A stretch of 64,000 bases of DNA from an uncultured delta proteobacterium (GCA_963760795.1 CAVXEP010000017.1:64001-128000); one strand, 5' to 3'. Positions 29,552 through 39,501 are shown, numbered from the stretch's first letter. Numbers and translations are program-made. Notes: generated from the sequence alone by a model not told the origin.

Positions 29552-31137
29552 CGTAAACTTCCAAGTATTAGTTTTGTCAAAACAGCGGCGTTGCTGCTGG
29601 CGTCACGAACCACGCCGTAACAGTCCAACCAAGTCCACAGGTGCAATGACGCGCACAGTTCCTGCACCGTCGCACGGCTCACCTTGCCCCGCGAGTTTTG
29701 CGGCAGCGCGTCGACGACATACCAGCGCTGGGGAATTTTAAACTCCGCCAAATGCTCTTTGAGCCAGCCATGGAGCTGGCGCAGGGTCGCGTCATCCTGA
29801 CGGCTCAAGACCACCGCCATGGCGACGTTCTGACCGTAGGCCGGATCGGCGATGGCAAAAGTACATACCGCGGTGGCAGGCTCGAACCGTTCGACCACGG
29901 CGTCGACATCGGCGGGATAGACTTTAGCGCCGCCTTTATTGATTTCGTCCCGCTCGCGCCCCTTGAGATAGAATCTGCCGCGATCGTCGATAAGCCCCAT
30001 GTCGCCGCTGACGAACCAGCCGCCCGAAATCACCTGATCGGTGAGTTCCGGCTGACCGCAATAGCCTTGCATCAGCGCCGGCGTGTTGATCCAGACATAG
30101 CCCGTCTCAGCGACTTTGCACTCGGCACCGTCGGCAAACGGCGTCTGCGGTTCGGCGTTTTTGAGAATTTTGATCACCGCACCCCAAGGCACACCGACTA
30201 GGCCATCTTCCGGTTCGAAGTCTTCAATGCTCGTGCCGGCCACCCAACTGCCCGTTTCAGTAATACCGTAGGCGTTATAAACCGCGCGGATTCCCGACCA
30301 TTGTTGAATCTGACCCCATAGGTGCGCTGATAACGGCGCCGAGCCGCAATGAATGCGCTGGAGGGTTTTGCCCTGCGGTGGCTTACTGCCCTTCAAGCTC
30401 AACCCCCACATGGATGGCACGGAGGAGAGAAACGTAATCTTCTGCTCATCGACGATGGGCCCTAAGCGTAGGAGTAAATACGGACTGAATGGCTGCGCGA
30501 TGATCACATCCTGGCCGAAGAGCCAAGGAAACAAACTGTTACAGATCAAGCCATGACCGAAATGGGTCGGCAACAAACATAGCGTGCGGCGAAAGCAATC
30601 GATACCGAGACTCTGGCGTAAACACAGCCAACGCGCGCGTAATGACCGATGAGTGTGAACCACGCCTTTGGGCACTCCGGTGGTGCCGGAGGTAAACAGG
30701 ATCAACGCCTCATCGTCGAGCCGCGCGGCGCAGAATGCACTGGCCGACGACACCGATGTTACCGCATCCGCCGCCAAGTCGCTCGAACTGAGGAGCTTAA
30801 CTCCCAGCGCAGCCAGCGCGTCACCAAGAGCCATGGGCACCGTCGCATCGATGAGCGCGATCTTGGGCGTCACCGTCCGCGCTAAGTTTTCGACTTCAAA
30901 CGGCGTCAACCGGTTGTCCACTGGCACAACGCTCGCCCCGACGTTCCACGCAGCCAGCAGGTCGACAAAGAATTCGAGATTGTTGCCGTAAAGGATGAAC
31001 ACGCGATCGCCACGCTGTAAACCATGGGCGCGCAGCCGGGCGGCGCTGGCCGCTAAACGCATGGCGATCTCTTGGCTGCTCCAGCTGCGGCCCGATTCCA
31101 GCTCGCTCAGAGCACCGCATGTCAAATCGGCAAACAT
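29548..31137 (-). CDS. Class I adenylate-forming enzyme (AMP-binding/acyl-CoA synthetase-like)
   Basis: LFTSGTTGVPKG, AYGITETG, SGDMG, KGRERDEINKGG, LPQNSRGKV. Confidence 0.92.
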   Translation of the reverse strand: MFADLTCGALSELESGRSWSSQEIAMRLAASAARLRAHGLQRGDRVFILYGNNLEFFVDLLAAWNVGASVVPVDNRLTPFEVENLARTVTPKIALIDATVPMALGDALAALGVKLLSSSDLAADAVTSVSSASAFCAARLDDEALILFTSGTTGVPKGVVHTHRSLRARWLCLRQSLGIDCFRRTLCLLPTHFGHGLICNSLFPWLFGQDVIIAQPFSPYLLLRLGPIVDEQKITFLSSVPSMWGLSLKGSKPPQGKTLQRIHCGSAPLSAHLWGQIQQWSGIRAVYNAYGITETGSWVAGTSIEDFEPEDGLVGVPWGAVIKILKNAEPQTPFADGAECKVAETGYVWINTPALMQGYCGQPELTDQVISGGWFVSGDMGLIDDRGRFYLKGRERDEINKGGAKVYPADVDAVVERFEPATAVCTFAIADPAYGQNVAMAVVLSRQDDATLRQLHGWLKEHLAEFKIPQRWYVVDALPQNSRGKVSRATVQELCASLHLWTWLDCYGVVRDASSNAAVLTKLILGSLR

Positions 31138-31276
31138 GAAGGCTAAATATTCCTGAATACTAAACTATTTTGTAACAACCCCGGCCGAACCAAGCAAGGC
31201 GAATCGCTCCGATAACGGCATGCCCGGCGCAACGCGGCTCTCGTCTTTGGAAACAATAGTTGCTATAAAGCGCCGG

Positions 31277-32008
31277 ATGAGCGATCAGCGCCGCCGGCTC
31301 GTCATACGCGGGGCCATCTTCATCGGCCTCATGTTGCTGCTGTTTTTTTTCAGCCGCTACATTCCGCGGCCGTTTAGCGCTTTCGCGCCTCCCGGCGCCG
31401 AGCTCGACGATTTCGAGGGCATCTATTCCAGCAGCGATAAGCTCGGCAAGTTTCTGCAACAGCTGGGCCCCTATTCGCCGGCGGTCTTCGTGGTGTTGCA
31501 AATCCTCCAAGTGATAGCCGCACCGTTTCCGGGGGAGCTTACTGGGGTCGCCGGCGGCATTGTCTACGGCGAAACCATCGGCTTCATCCTCTCCATTGTC
31601 GGCCTGGCCATCGGTTCCTGGGTAGCTTTCGAATTGGCGAGTATACTCGGCCGGCCATTTGTCGAACGCTTCGTTAAACGCGATGTCTTGGAGAAGTTTA
31701 ATTTCCTCACCACCAAGACCGGTGTGTTCATCTGCTTCGTGCTGTTTCTGTTTCCCGGCTTTCCCAAAGATTATCTTTGCTACGTGCTTGGCTTGAGCCG
31801 AATGAGCGTAACTACCTTCCTGCTGGTATCGATCATCGGGCGAATTCCCGGTACCTATTGGCTTACTATGCAGGGAGCGATGATCAGAAATGAGCAGTAC
31901 CTCACCTTCGCGATTTTCGTCGGCGTCACTCTCGTTGGCTTGGTAATCGGCTATATATATCGCAATCAAATCTTCGCTTGGATCAAGCACCGCCACGATC
32001 ATGACTAG
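31277..32008 (+). CDS. TVP38/TMEM64 (DedA superfamily) membrane protein
   Basis: ILQVIAAPFPGE, GGIVYG, FLFPGFPKD, GRIPG. Confidence 0.88.
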   Translation: MSDQRRRLVIRGAIFIGLMLLLFFFSRYIPRPFSAFAPPGAELDDFEGIYSSSDKLGKFLQQLGPYSPAVFVVLQILQVIAAPFPGELTGVAGGIVYGETIGFILSIVGLAIGSWVAFELASILGRPFVERFVKRDVLEKFNFLTTKTGVFICFVLFLFPGFPKDYLCYVLGLSRMSVTTFLLVSIIGRIPGTYWLTMQGAMIRNEQYLTFAIFVGVTLVGLVIGYIYRNQIFAWIKHRHDHD

Positions 32009-32056
32009 AGCATTGCTAGTCGTGGCTCTCGCACTTCGAGCTTCTATGTGAATGGC

Positions 32057-32881
32057 TTAAAGCCCTGAGCCGCGCGTGAGGTAATAGAAGATCGGCGCCA
32101 CGACGATGCGATACCAGGCGAACGGCGCCAGCCTGCCGTGGCTGAGGTAGCGGACAAAACCTTTAATTGCCAGTAACGCCACCGCGAAAGAAATCACGAA
32201 GCCGATAACCAGGCCGATGACATCGTCGGACATCAATTGATCGCGCATTTTGAGCAGCTCGTAGCCGGACGCCGCGCATAATACCGGGACAGCGATCAGA
32301 AACGAGAATTCCGCCGCCGCCTTGCGCTCGAGTCCAAGTATCATACCACCGACGATGGTCGCCGCCGCTCGCGAAGTGCCGGGCCAGAGCGCCAAGATTT
32401 GAAATAGCCCGACCCCTAATGCCTGCACCAACGTCACTGCGTCCAAACCGTTGGCGCGGCGGCGCGCGGCGAGCCGCTCGACGAGTAGAATCGCCACACC
32501 ACCGACCGCCAACGCCAAGCTGACGGCTTCCGGATTGAAAAGTTTTTCTTTGATCCCATGGCGGGCCAAGTAACCCACCGCTAACGCCGGCAGCGTCGCC
32601 AAAGCGACACGCCAGAGGCCTGGCCAACCATTCAAGCTCGATTCTGCCGTCGCCGTGAATAGCCTCGTACCAGGGACCAAGCCGATAAACCGCCGCCAGT
32701 AGAGCCAAACCACGGATAGGATCGCACCCAACTGAATCGCCACTTCGAAGCTCGCGGCCTTGTCGCCGACGAAGCCGAGCAAATGACCGGCGATAATCAG
32801 ATGGCCGGTGGATGACACGGGTAAGAACTCGGTAAGTCCCTCGACGACCCCCAACACGGCCGCAATGGCGAAATTACTCAT
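32057..32881 (-). CDS. uppP: Undecaprenyl-diphosphate phosphatase (BacA/UppP)
   Basis: LGVVEGLTEFLPVSSTGH, IQLGAIL, PGTSR, AAEFSF, FAWYR. Confidence 0.95.
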   Translation of the reverse strand: MSNFAIAAVLGVVEGLTEFLPVSSTGHLIIAGHLLGFVGDKAASFEVAIQLGAILSVVWLYWRRFIGLVPGTRLFTATAESSLNGWPGLWRVALATLPALAVGYLARHGIKEKLFNPEAVSLALAVGGVAILLVERLAARRRANGLDAVTLVQALGVGLFQILALWPGTSRAAATIVGGMILGLERKAAAEFSFLIAVPVLCAASGYELLKMRDQLMSDDVIGLVIGFVISFAVALLAIKGFVRYLSHGRLAPFAWYRIVVAPIFYYLTRGSGL

Positions 32882-32967
32882 ACAGTTCCTTCCGATTGAG
32901 AGTCGTGCCGCCGCCCATACCGTCAATCGCTGCGCGACAAGCGCAAAGGTGAGCGAATCGGCGTCGA

Positions 32968-34866
32968 CTACGGTCGGGCGACGATTAAGTATTCGTCGTG
33001 CACCGCAAGTCTTTTGAGGACCACGCCGACGAGCCGTTCCAAGCGGCGCAGATTCTTCTCTTTTACGAGGATCACAAATGGCCTGTCGGAGCGGTTCCAA
33101 TGCTCGGCGAACTCGTCAAAAGTTAAGAGAGATTTCCCCCAGCGCGTGATCGGGTCGGGTTGATTGGTAAGCTCATAAAAATTGCCCAAGAACGTGCTTT
33201 TCTTATTGCTGTGGGTGACCACCCACAGCGGCTTGGCGGTGTTGAGGTAAAATGGCAACGCTTCGGCATAGGTATCGTATAAGACGAGCTGTGTCGTTGC
33301 GGTGATGTACGGCAGCGCCTTTACGGCGATTTCCTGCGACGATCTGGCCGGCGCTAACAAGACCATCATTTCGCTGAGCGTAACCATAAAGATCAACAGA
33401 CCGAATCCCTGACTGAAATAAACATACCGGAGACTAACCGCCGTCCAGATATTCCGCTTGCCAGCGAGATAAACCAGTGCCAGTGAAATAAACGCGCTGC
33501 TCCAGAACAGAATTGCGATGCGATCGTAGCGCCCGCGAATAATCTTGGGAAAGATCTCGGGCGCGATCACACCGGCGGCCAAGTAGATGAACAACGAACC
33601 TAAAACCATCCAGATCGCGGCGAAGCCGTAGCGGAGGCGTTCTCGGGAATCGCTTAATATGCGACTCACCGCGACGCCGAGCAAAATTGCCAGTGGGGGA
33701 AAGCTCGGCAAAATGTAATGCGCCAACTTGGACTTGGACATCGAGAAAAACATGATCGGCAAGAGCGCCCACAAGATTAGCCACAAGGTCCGGTCGTCGA
33801 GCCGGCGTCGCCAATGAAACCTTACCGTCGCCGGAAGCAGCAAGGTCCAAGGCAACAAGCCCAAGGGCACGACATAGAGGTAGAAGTACCAGGGACTGAA
33901 ACGGTCAAACTTCTTCGTCGCAAAACGGCCAAAATGCTCGTCCCAAAAATAGTAACGGAGATAGCCGGGATTCTGCGTCTCGGCCAAAATATACCAAGGC
34001 ATTACGATCAAGAGAAACAGCACCACGCCAGAAAGCAAGCGTATCTTTCCCAAGATTCTCCAGCTGTTGGTAAGTAGGAGGTAAGAGACAATGATCATAC
34101 CCGGCACGATCAGACCGACGAGCCCCTTGGTTAGCGTGGCTACGCCGAGGGCGCCGTATAAGATCGCGCAGGTGGCCCAGCTCGCCGGCGATTCTGACTC
34201 CCGGGCGGCATGGTAAAAGGCGCACAACGCTAACATAATGTATGCGGTCAGGGTCATATCGAAAATCACCAGGCGTGAGAAGACAATAAACCCCGCGCTG
34301 GTAACTAGAACTAAGACGCTCCAACGGCCTTCCCATTCGCCCCACCAGCGACGGGCAAAAAAGTAGACCATGACGATACAGCCAAAAGCCGCCAGCGCCG
34401 ATGGCAATCTGGCCGCCCATTCGGAAACCCCGAAGATTTTGTAAGAGAGCGCGATCAGCCAGTAGAAAAAAATTGGTTTGTCGAGCACGGCACTGAAGTT
34501 TTCATGGGGCGTTATCCAATTGTTCAAGACGAGAATCTCGCGCGCCTTCTCAGCGTTCCGGCCTTCGTCCGGTTCAAACAAGGCCGGCCCGCCGAGTCGA
34601 TAAAAAAGAATCGCCAAGACAAAGCCGAACAATACCCAAGGGAACCAGGGATCAGTCGTGTTTTTCCGAGCTGATTCGCTTCCCTTATCAGGATTTATCG
34701 TTGAGATTGGCGGCACTGGAGAAGGCGTAGCTTTCGACGACGAATTTACCTGACGTTGCCAAATTATCAAGATAAAGAACAAATAAGCCGGATAACCAAC
34801 AGCCCCCGATCGATCCATGATCGATCGATGATTTTGCGAGCGTCCGATCGATGCTTCATGTGTCAA
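32968..34866 (-). CDS. ArnT-like GT-C glycosyltransferase (family 39/83)
   Basis: EPDEGRNAE..RE, DKP.FFYW, SEWAARLPSA, LTKG, SK.KL.HYILP; true start uncertain and probably internal. Confidence 0.85.
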   Translation of the reverse strand: MTHEASIGRSQNHRSIMDRSGAVGYPAYLFFILIIWQRQVNSSSKATPSPVPPISTINPDKGSESARKNTTDPWFPWVLFGFVLAILFYRLGGPALFEPDEGRNAEKAREILVLNNWITPHENFSAVLDKPIFFYWLIALSYKIFGVSEWAARLPSALAAFGCIVMVYFFARRWWGEWEGRWSVLVLVTSAGFIVFSRLVIFDMTLTAYIMLALCAFYHAARESESPASWATCAILYGALGVATLTKGLVGLIVPGMIIVSYLLLTNSWRILGKIRLLSGVVLFLLIVMPWYILAETQNPGYLRYYFWDEHFGRFATKKFDRFSPWYFYLYVVPLGLLPWTLLLPATVRFHWRRRLDDRTLWLILWALLPIMFFSMSKSKLAHYILPSFPPLAILLGVAVSRILSDSRERLRYGFAAIWMVLGSLFIYLAAGVIAPEIFPKIIRGRYDRIAILFWSSAFISLALVYLAGKRNIWTAVSLRYVYFSQGFGLLIFMVTLSEMMVLLAPARSSQEIAVKALPYITATTQLVLYDTYAEALPFYLNTAKPLWVVTHSNKKSTFLGNFYELTNQPDPITRWGKSLLTFDEFAEHWNRSDRPFVILVKEKNLRRLERLVGVVLKRLAVHDEYLIVARP

Positions 34867-34942
34867 TTGACATCCCCTAACCCCTGACGTAGCCTGACTC
34901 TCGCTTCACGGATTGTTGTTACCCATGACGCGGTACTTCACC

Positions 34943-36100
34943 ATGACCGCCAAAATGTTCTTGGTAGCAGTGTTGCTACTACAATCATTCGCGCCAGCTT
35001 TCGGTCAGCAACCCATCGCCAGCTTCTATTATGACGAGCGCGGCAGTGTAGTGCGCCAGGAGCAGGACACCAACGGTGACGGCAAAATGGATCGTTGGAC
35101 CTATTATAATAAGCAAGGTCAAGTCGAAAAAGTCGAACAGGATCTAAACTTTGACGGCAAGGCCGACACCTTCGCTATCTATGAAGCGGGCCGGCCGGTG
35201 CGCCAAGAGCTCGCCAGTAAGAACGATGGCCAGATCGACACTTGGTTTTTCTACAACGCTGCAGGCGAAATCGAACGGCGCGGCCAAGACCCCAGCCGTA
35301 CTGGCAAGGCCACGGTTTGGATCTATTATCAGAATGGCCATGCGGTACGCAGCGAGGAAACAACGAACTCGAGCGGTAAGTCTAACCGCACGGTCCATTT
35401 GCGCGATGGCCAGATCAGCCGCGTCGATGAAGACACCAACGGCGACGGCAAGCCGGATAGTTTTTCGTATCATGAGAACGGCCAGCTCGTGCGCAAGGAG
35501 TTGGACCGCAAGTTCAACGGCAAGATCGATCTCTGGGGTTACTATCAAAGCGGCCGCTTAATCAAACAAGAGGACGATCTGCGCGGCGACGGCAAAGTGA
35601 GCCGGATCGTCTACTTTGACGGCGACCAGGTGCTGCGCCGGGAGGAAGACACCGGCCGGCACGGCCGCATGGATATGATCGAGTCCTTCGCCCAGGGCAA
35701 GATCGCCAAACGGCTGCGCGATACCAAGGGTACCGGCAAGTGGGATATTGTTTACTATTTCGAAAATAACGAGCTCGACCGTGAGGAGCGCGACACCGAC
35801 GGCGATGGCTATTTCGATTTGCGGATTTTCTACGCTAAGGGCCAGATCCGCGCTCAGGAAGCCGACACCAATGGCGATCGGCGCGTCGATGTCTGGGTGA
35901 ATTTTACCAATGGCGAGCGCGTCGAACAGCTTGAAGATCTAAAGGCCGAGGGTAAGATAACTGCGCGCTATGTATTCAAAGGCGGACAGGTGGTCAGTCA
36001 AGAAGCGGTCGCCGACGGCCAACCGCCGCGGGCGTCGCCCGCCTTCGGAACCGTTGCGGAAGAGCTACGGGCTATGGCGCTGATACCGCCGCCGGCGTAG
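34943..36100 (+). CDS. Exported protein of about 13 tandem 24-aa beta-hairpin repeats (ExDxNxDGxxDxWxYYxxG)
   Basis: Signal peptide ending AFG; repeats such as EQDTNGDGKMDRWTYY, DEDTNGDGKPDSFSYH, ERDTDGDGYFDLRIFY. Confidence 0.8.
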   Translation: MTAKMFLVAVLLLQSFAPAFGQQPIASFYYDERGSVVRQEQDTNGDGKMDRWTYYNKQGQVEKVEQDLNFDGKADTFAIYEAGRPVRQELASKNDGQIDTWFFYNAAGEIERRGQDPSRTGKATVWIYYQNGHAVRSEETTNSSGKSNRTVHLRDGQISRVDEDTNGDGKPDSFSYHENGQLVRKELDRKFNGKIDLWGYYQSGRLIKQEDDLRGDGKVSRIVYFDGDQVLRREEDTGRHGRMDMIESFAQGKIAKRLRDTKGTGKWDIVYYFENNELDREERDTDGDGYFDLRIFYAKGQIRAQEADTNGDRRVDVWVNFTNGERVEQLEDLKAEGKITARYVFKGGQVVSQEAVADGQPPRASPAFGTVAEELRAMALIPPPA

Positions 36101-36175
36101 GTTTTGAGAGATCGCATTGGCGGGTTGCCCCGGGATATTGAAATCTAGTAGGATTGCCAAGGTTGGCATAGTTTC

Positions 36176-37297
36176 ATGAGAAGCCTCGCTGCATTCATAC
36201 TATCAGGTCTAATCGCCCAGGGTTGCGAAACCGCGGTAACCCAGTATCCGCCGGGTTCCGGGCAAATTCCTGGCGCAACTACCAACCCGCAACAGGCTAA
36301 AATCGACAACGATCGCCGCTGGGCTCATGCGGTTGAGAGCGCTCAGAAAGCCGCTTTTCTCGGCGGCATCTTCGGCGGCCCCTTCGGTGCGCCGGCGAGT
36401 ATGGTAATGGGTGTGATCGGCTTCACCTACGGCATGTTTAGCGCCGATTCGAAGATCGCCGAAGAGAAGGCCCAAGCCCAGGTGCGCTATCAAAAGGAAT
36501 CCGACAAAGACCGCGTCTTGGAAAGTGCCATTGAGCAGGAAATCGAACGTCAGCGCGCCTTCGAAAATCAGATTGCCGGGGCAACGGGGCAGCCGGTCAG
36601 CACGCAACCGGCGCGCCTACCACCCCAGGTCAATCAACCGGCACCGGCCGTGTCGAATCCTCAGCCGCAACCGAATAATTCGCCTGCTGGTATCACGATT
36701 GCCCGCGCCAGCACCCCACCGTCGCCGCCGCCTTTTCGCAATGTCGAAGTCCGCGATATCAACAATGACGGCGTGCCCGATATTTGGATTTACTACAATC
36801 CGCAGAAGCCGGCCGAGATTATCCGTCAGGAAGAAGCGACCAAGAACGATGGCCGCGTCGATGCCTGGAGCTACTACAAAGACGGTCAACTGATGCGCCG
36901 CGACGTTGATCGCAAAGGCCAAGGTCGCCCGGACACTATTTATTACTATGAGAACGACAAAATCGTCCGCGAAGAACGGGACGAGACCGGCGATGGGCGC
37001 ATGACCTACCGCGCGAGTTATCAGAACGGCCGCATTGAGAAAGTAGAAAAAGATTCCACCGGCCAAGGACGGCCCGACCTCTGGCTGTTCTATGATACTT
37101 CGCGAGACGGTGAGATCGTGGTAAAAGAGGAACGCGACTTAAACGGCGACGGTGTCGCCGATCTCTGGTCCTTCTACGATAACGGCAGGCTAGCGCGCCG
37201 GGATGTCAATGCTCCAGGACTGGAGATCTTGTCTAAACAAGATCAGGTGCCCCTACCCACCGCTGAGATAAGACCGCCTGCGATTCCCGGCAGCTAA
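36176..37297 (+). CDS. Putative lipoprotein with glycine-rich hydrophobic segment, Pro-rich linker and about 6 DxNxDG repeats
   Basis: LIAQGC lipobox-like; FLGGIFGGPFGA segment; DINNDGVPDIWIYY ... DLNGDGVADLWSFY. Confidence 0.78.
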   Translation: MRSLAAFILSGLIAQGCETAVTQYPPGSGQIPGATTNPQQAKIDNDRRWAHAVESAQKAAFLGGIFGGPFGAPASMVMGVIGFTYGMFSADSKIAEEKAQAQVRYQKESDKDRVLESAIEQEIERQRAFENQIAGATGQPVSTQPARLPPQVNQPAPAVSNPQPQPNNSPAGITIARASTPPSPPPFRNVEVRDINNDGVPDIWIYYNPQKPAEIIRQEEATKNDGRVDAWSYYKDGQLMRRDVDRKGQGRPDTIYYYENDKIVREERDETGDGRMTYRASYQNGRIEKVEKDSTGQGRPDLWLFYDTSRDGEIVVKEERDLNGDGVADLWSFYDNGRLARRDVNAPGLEILSKQDQVPLPTAEIRPPAIPGS

Positions 37298-37298
37298 G

Positions 37299-38318
37299 AT
37301 GACCTACGATTCCTCGTCAAGCGAAGAGGCTGGGTTGCTGTCGCTCTTCCGCAGCCCGTTTTTGCTGCCTTCGGTGATTTTCCATGGGCTACTACTTCTC
37401 CTAGCGCTACGCACAGCAGCGCTGACGATCGTCAAGCCCGCTGCCGAAACGCCGATCTCTGTGCAACTCATGGAAGTGCGCACTGGTAGCTCGGAAACCA
37501 AGAGTATCGGTCCCGGCCAGGGCGCCGGCGGGCCGAAGACGATGCCCAAGCTTGGTCTGCCAATCCCGCCGCGCCAACAGACCGGCAAGCTAGACAGTGG
37601 TACCGTCGAGAGCACAGCGCCGGCCGTCAAAACTGAAGCCGCTCCAGAACCAAAGCTGGTTCCGCTGCCAGGTCCGAAAGTGCTTGCCGCCGACAGCCGA
37701 CAAACGGTCAATGCCAAAGAAACTTCGCCAGACTCTCTAGTGAGTTTGCCAACTAAAGCAGCGCCATCGAATCTACCCGGTAGCACGGCCACTGACTTAG
37801 CGCTCAATCAGCAAAGTCTCGCCGCGCTCAAAGGCACCGGCGACGGGCCAGGTGTCAAAGCATTGAAAGAAGGCGCGCAGGTTCCCGGCGCGTTGCAGGG
37901 TACAGGAAGCGGCACGGCTTCCTACGGCGTGCCCGGTGGCACAAAGAGTGGAACTGGGATCGCCGGCGGTGGCACTGGGATAGGCAGTGGGGGTGGCAGT
38001 AGCACCGGACTTAAAGGCGTCCCAGCGGCCGATTTCAATAATTATTTTACTCAACTCAAACGCCGCGTTGAGTCCGTGTGGAAATTCCCCGATGGCGTTT
38101 CCGGGTTGCAAAAGGTCGGCGTGGTCTTCACCCTTGACCGCAGTGGCAGACTGATCAAAGCCGACGTCTTGGAATCGTCAGACCCGCGGCTCAACGCCGG
38201 CGCCGTGGAAGCGATGAAAAAAGCGTCGCCCTTCCCGCCCATTCCGGAGAGCTTAAAAGATCTCGCCAACGAACCGCTGCGCATGCAGTTTACAGTGACC
38301 GTTGGCATTCGCGGTTAG
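37299..38318 (+). CDS. TonB/TolA-family energy transducer
   Basis: TM helix with S-x3-H (SVIFH), Pro/Gly-rich linker, C-terminal YFTQLKRRVESVW...FTLDRSG...ASPFPPIP. Confidence 0.88.
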   Translation: MTYDSSSSEEAGLLSLFRSPFLLPSVIFHGLLLLLALRTAALTIVKPAAETPISVQLMEVRTGSSETKSIGPGQGAGGPKTMPKLGLPIPPRQQTGKLDSGTVESTAPAVKTEAAPEPKLVPLPGPKVLAADSRQTVNAKETSPDSLVSLPTKAAPSNLPGSTATDLALNQQSLAALKGTGDGPGVKALKEGAQVPGALQGTGSGTASYGVPGGTKSGTGIAGGGTGIGSGGGSSTGLKGVPAADFNNYFTQLKRRVESVWKFPDGVSGLQKVGVVFTLDRSGRLIKADVLESSDPRLNAGAVEAMKKASPFPPIPESLKDLANEPLRMQFTVTVGIRG

Positions 38319-38408
38319 TCCCAGTCCTGGCGCGCGTTGTTCCTGGCGATTCATTGAATTAGTTGTCATTTTCGTTCATCTTCGTCGGAGTAACTGGAAA
38401 GGTCTTCC

Positions 38409-39035
38409 ATGCAACCGCAAGGTCTCGATCTTGTATCGATCATTAATCAAGGCGCCATCGCCACCTATCCGCTGATCTTGTTGTCAATCATCAGCGTCAC
38501 CGTTGTATTCGAGCGGCTGTGGTCACTACGTAACTTGAGCTCAATGACTCTGCGGATCGCCGATTCCCTGCAAGAGCCGCTCAAGAAGGGTCAGCGCGAT
38601 CTCGCCGTGGCGATCTGCAAGCAGAACTCGAACTCCCCCGCTGGCCGGATTTTTCTAAATATCTTGAATCACGAAAACATCTCTCGTCCCGACCTCGCCA
38701 ATGGCATCGCCACCGAGGCGATGTTCGAAGAAAGTCAGAAGCTTAGAAAACATTTATGGATTCTCGGCACCGTCGCCAGCAGCGCACCGTTTATCGGCTT
38801 GTTAGGTACGGTTATCGGCATTATTCGTTCCTTCGAGAGTATGGCGGTGGCCGGCACCGGCGGCTTTGCGGTCGTCGCTGCGGGCATCTCCGAAGCCTTG
38901 GTCGCGACTGCGTTAGGCCTCGCAGTCGCCATCATCGCGGTAATCTTTTACAACTATTTTCAGACCCGTATCGGCAGCTTAAATGCGCTTTTTCGCATCC
39001 AAGTCGGCAAGGTTCTCCAGAGCGTCAGCCTCTAA
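38409..39035 (+). CDS. MotA/TolQ/ExbB proton channel
   Basis: LGTVASSAPFIGLLGTVIGII, GISEALVATALGL. Confidence 0.93.
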   Translation: MQPQGLDLVSIINQGAIATYPLILLSIISVTVVFERLWSLRNLSSMTLRIADSLQEPLKKGQRDLAVAICKQNSNSPAGRIFLNILNHENISRPDLANGIATEAMFEESQKLRKHLWILGTVASSAPFIGLLGTVIGIIRSFESMAVAGTGGFAVVAAGISEALVATALGLAVAIIAVIFYNYFQTRIGSLNALFRIQVGKVLQSVSL

Positions 39036-39044
39036 GGTATTGCC

Positions 39045-39470
39045 ATGGCGATAACACCCCTGGGCGGCGGCGAGGACAACGGCGACATCGTTGCCGAGAT
39101 CAATATCACGCCGCTAACCGATATCTTTCTCGTCCTGCTAATCATTTTCATGATTACCAGCTCGGCGATGATCGAGTCCGGCGGCAAAGTGAATTTGCCC
39201 AAGGCGGTGGCGACCCAAACCGAAAGCCGCGGCACAACCGTGACTTTGACACCGAAGAAAGAAGTCTTTGTCAATCAAAGGAAGGTCAGCGAGGAGAGCT
39301 TAGAAAAAGCCCTTCAGGAAGCTCTCGATAATAACGCCAACAAGACCGTCATTCTCCGCGGCGATAAAGATGTCTTACTCGGCGAGACTGTCAAGGTGAT
39401 GTCGATCATCAAGCGCGCCGGTGCCACCGAGATCGCCATCGCCGCCGAGGCCGAACGTAAGGCGCGTTAA
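39045..39470 (+). CDS. ExbD/TolR family protein
   Basis: EINITPLTDIFLVLLIIFMI with conserved Asp; VNLPKA; ILRGD. Confidence 0.93.
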   Translation: MAITPLGGGEDNGDIVAEINITPLTDIFLVLLIIFMITSSAMIESGGKVNLPKAVATQTESRGTTVTLTPKKEVFVNQRKVSEESLEKALQEALDNNANKTVILRGDKDVLLGETVKVMSIIKRAGATEIAIAAEAERKAR

Positions 39471-39501
39471 CGATCTGTTACCGTAAAATCGACCCACTGA
39501 T

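Noticed and set aside
34943-37297. Rhs/YD toxin or canonical EF-hand proteins
   Set aside because: No Rhs core end motif, toxin tip or immunity gene; the acidic loops are flanked by beta-strand-like aromatic segments, not helices.
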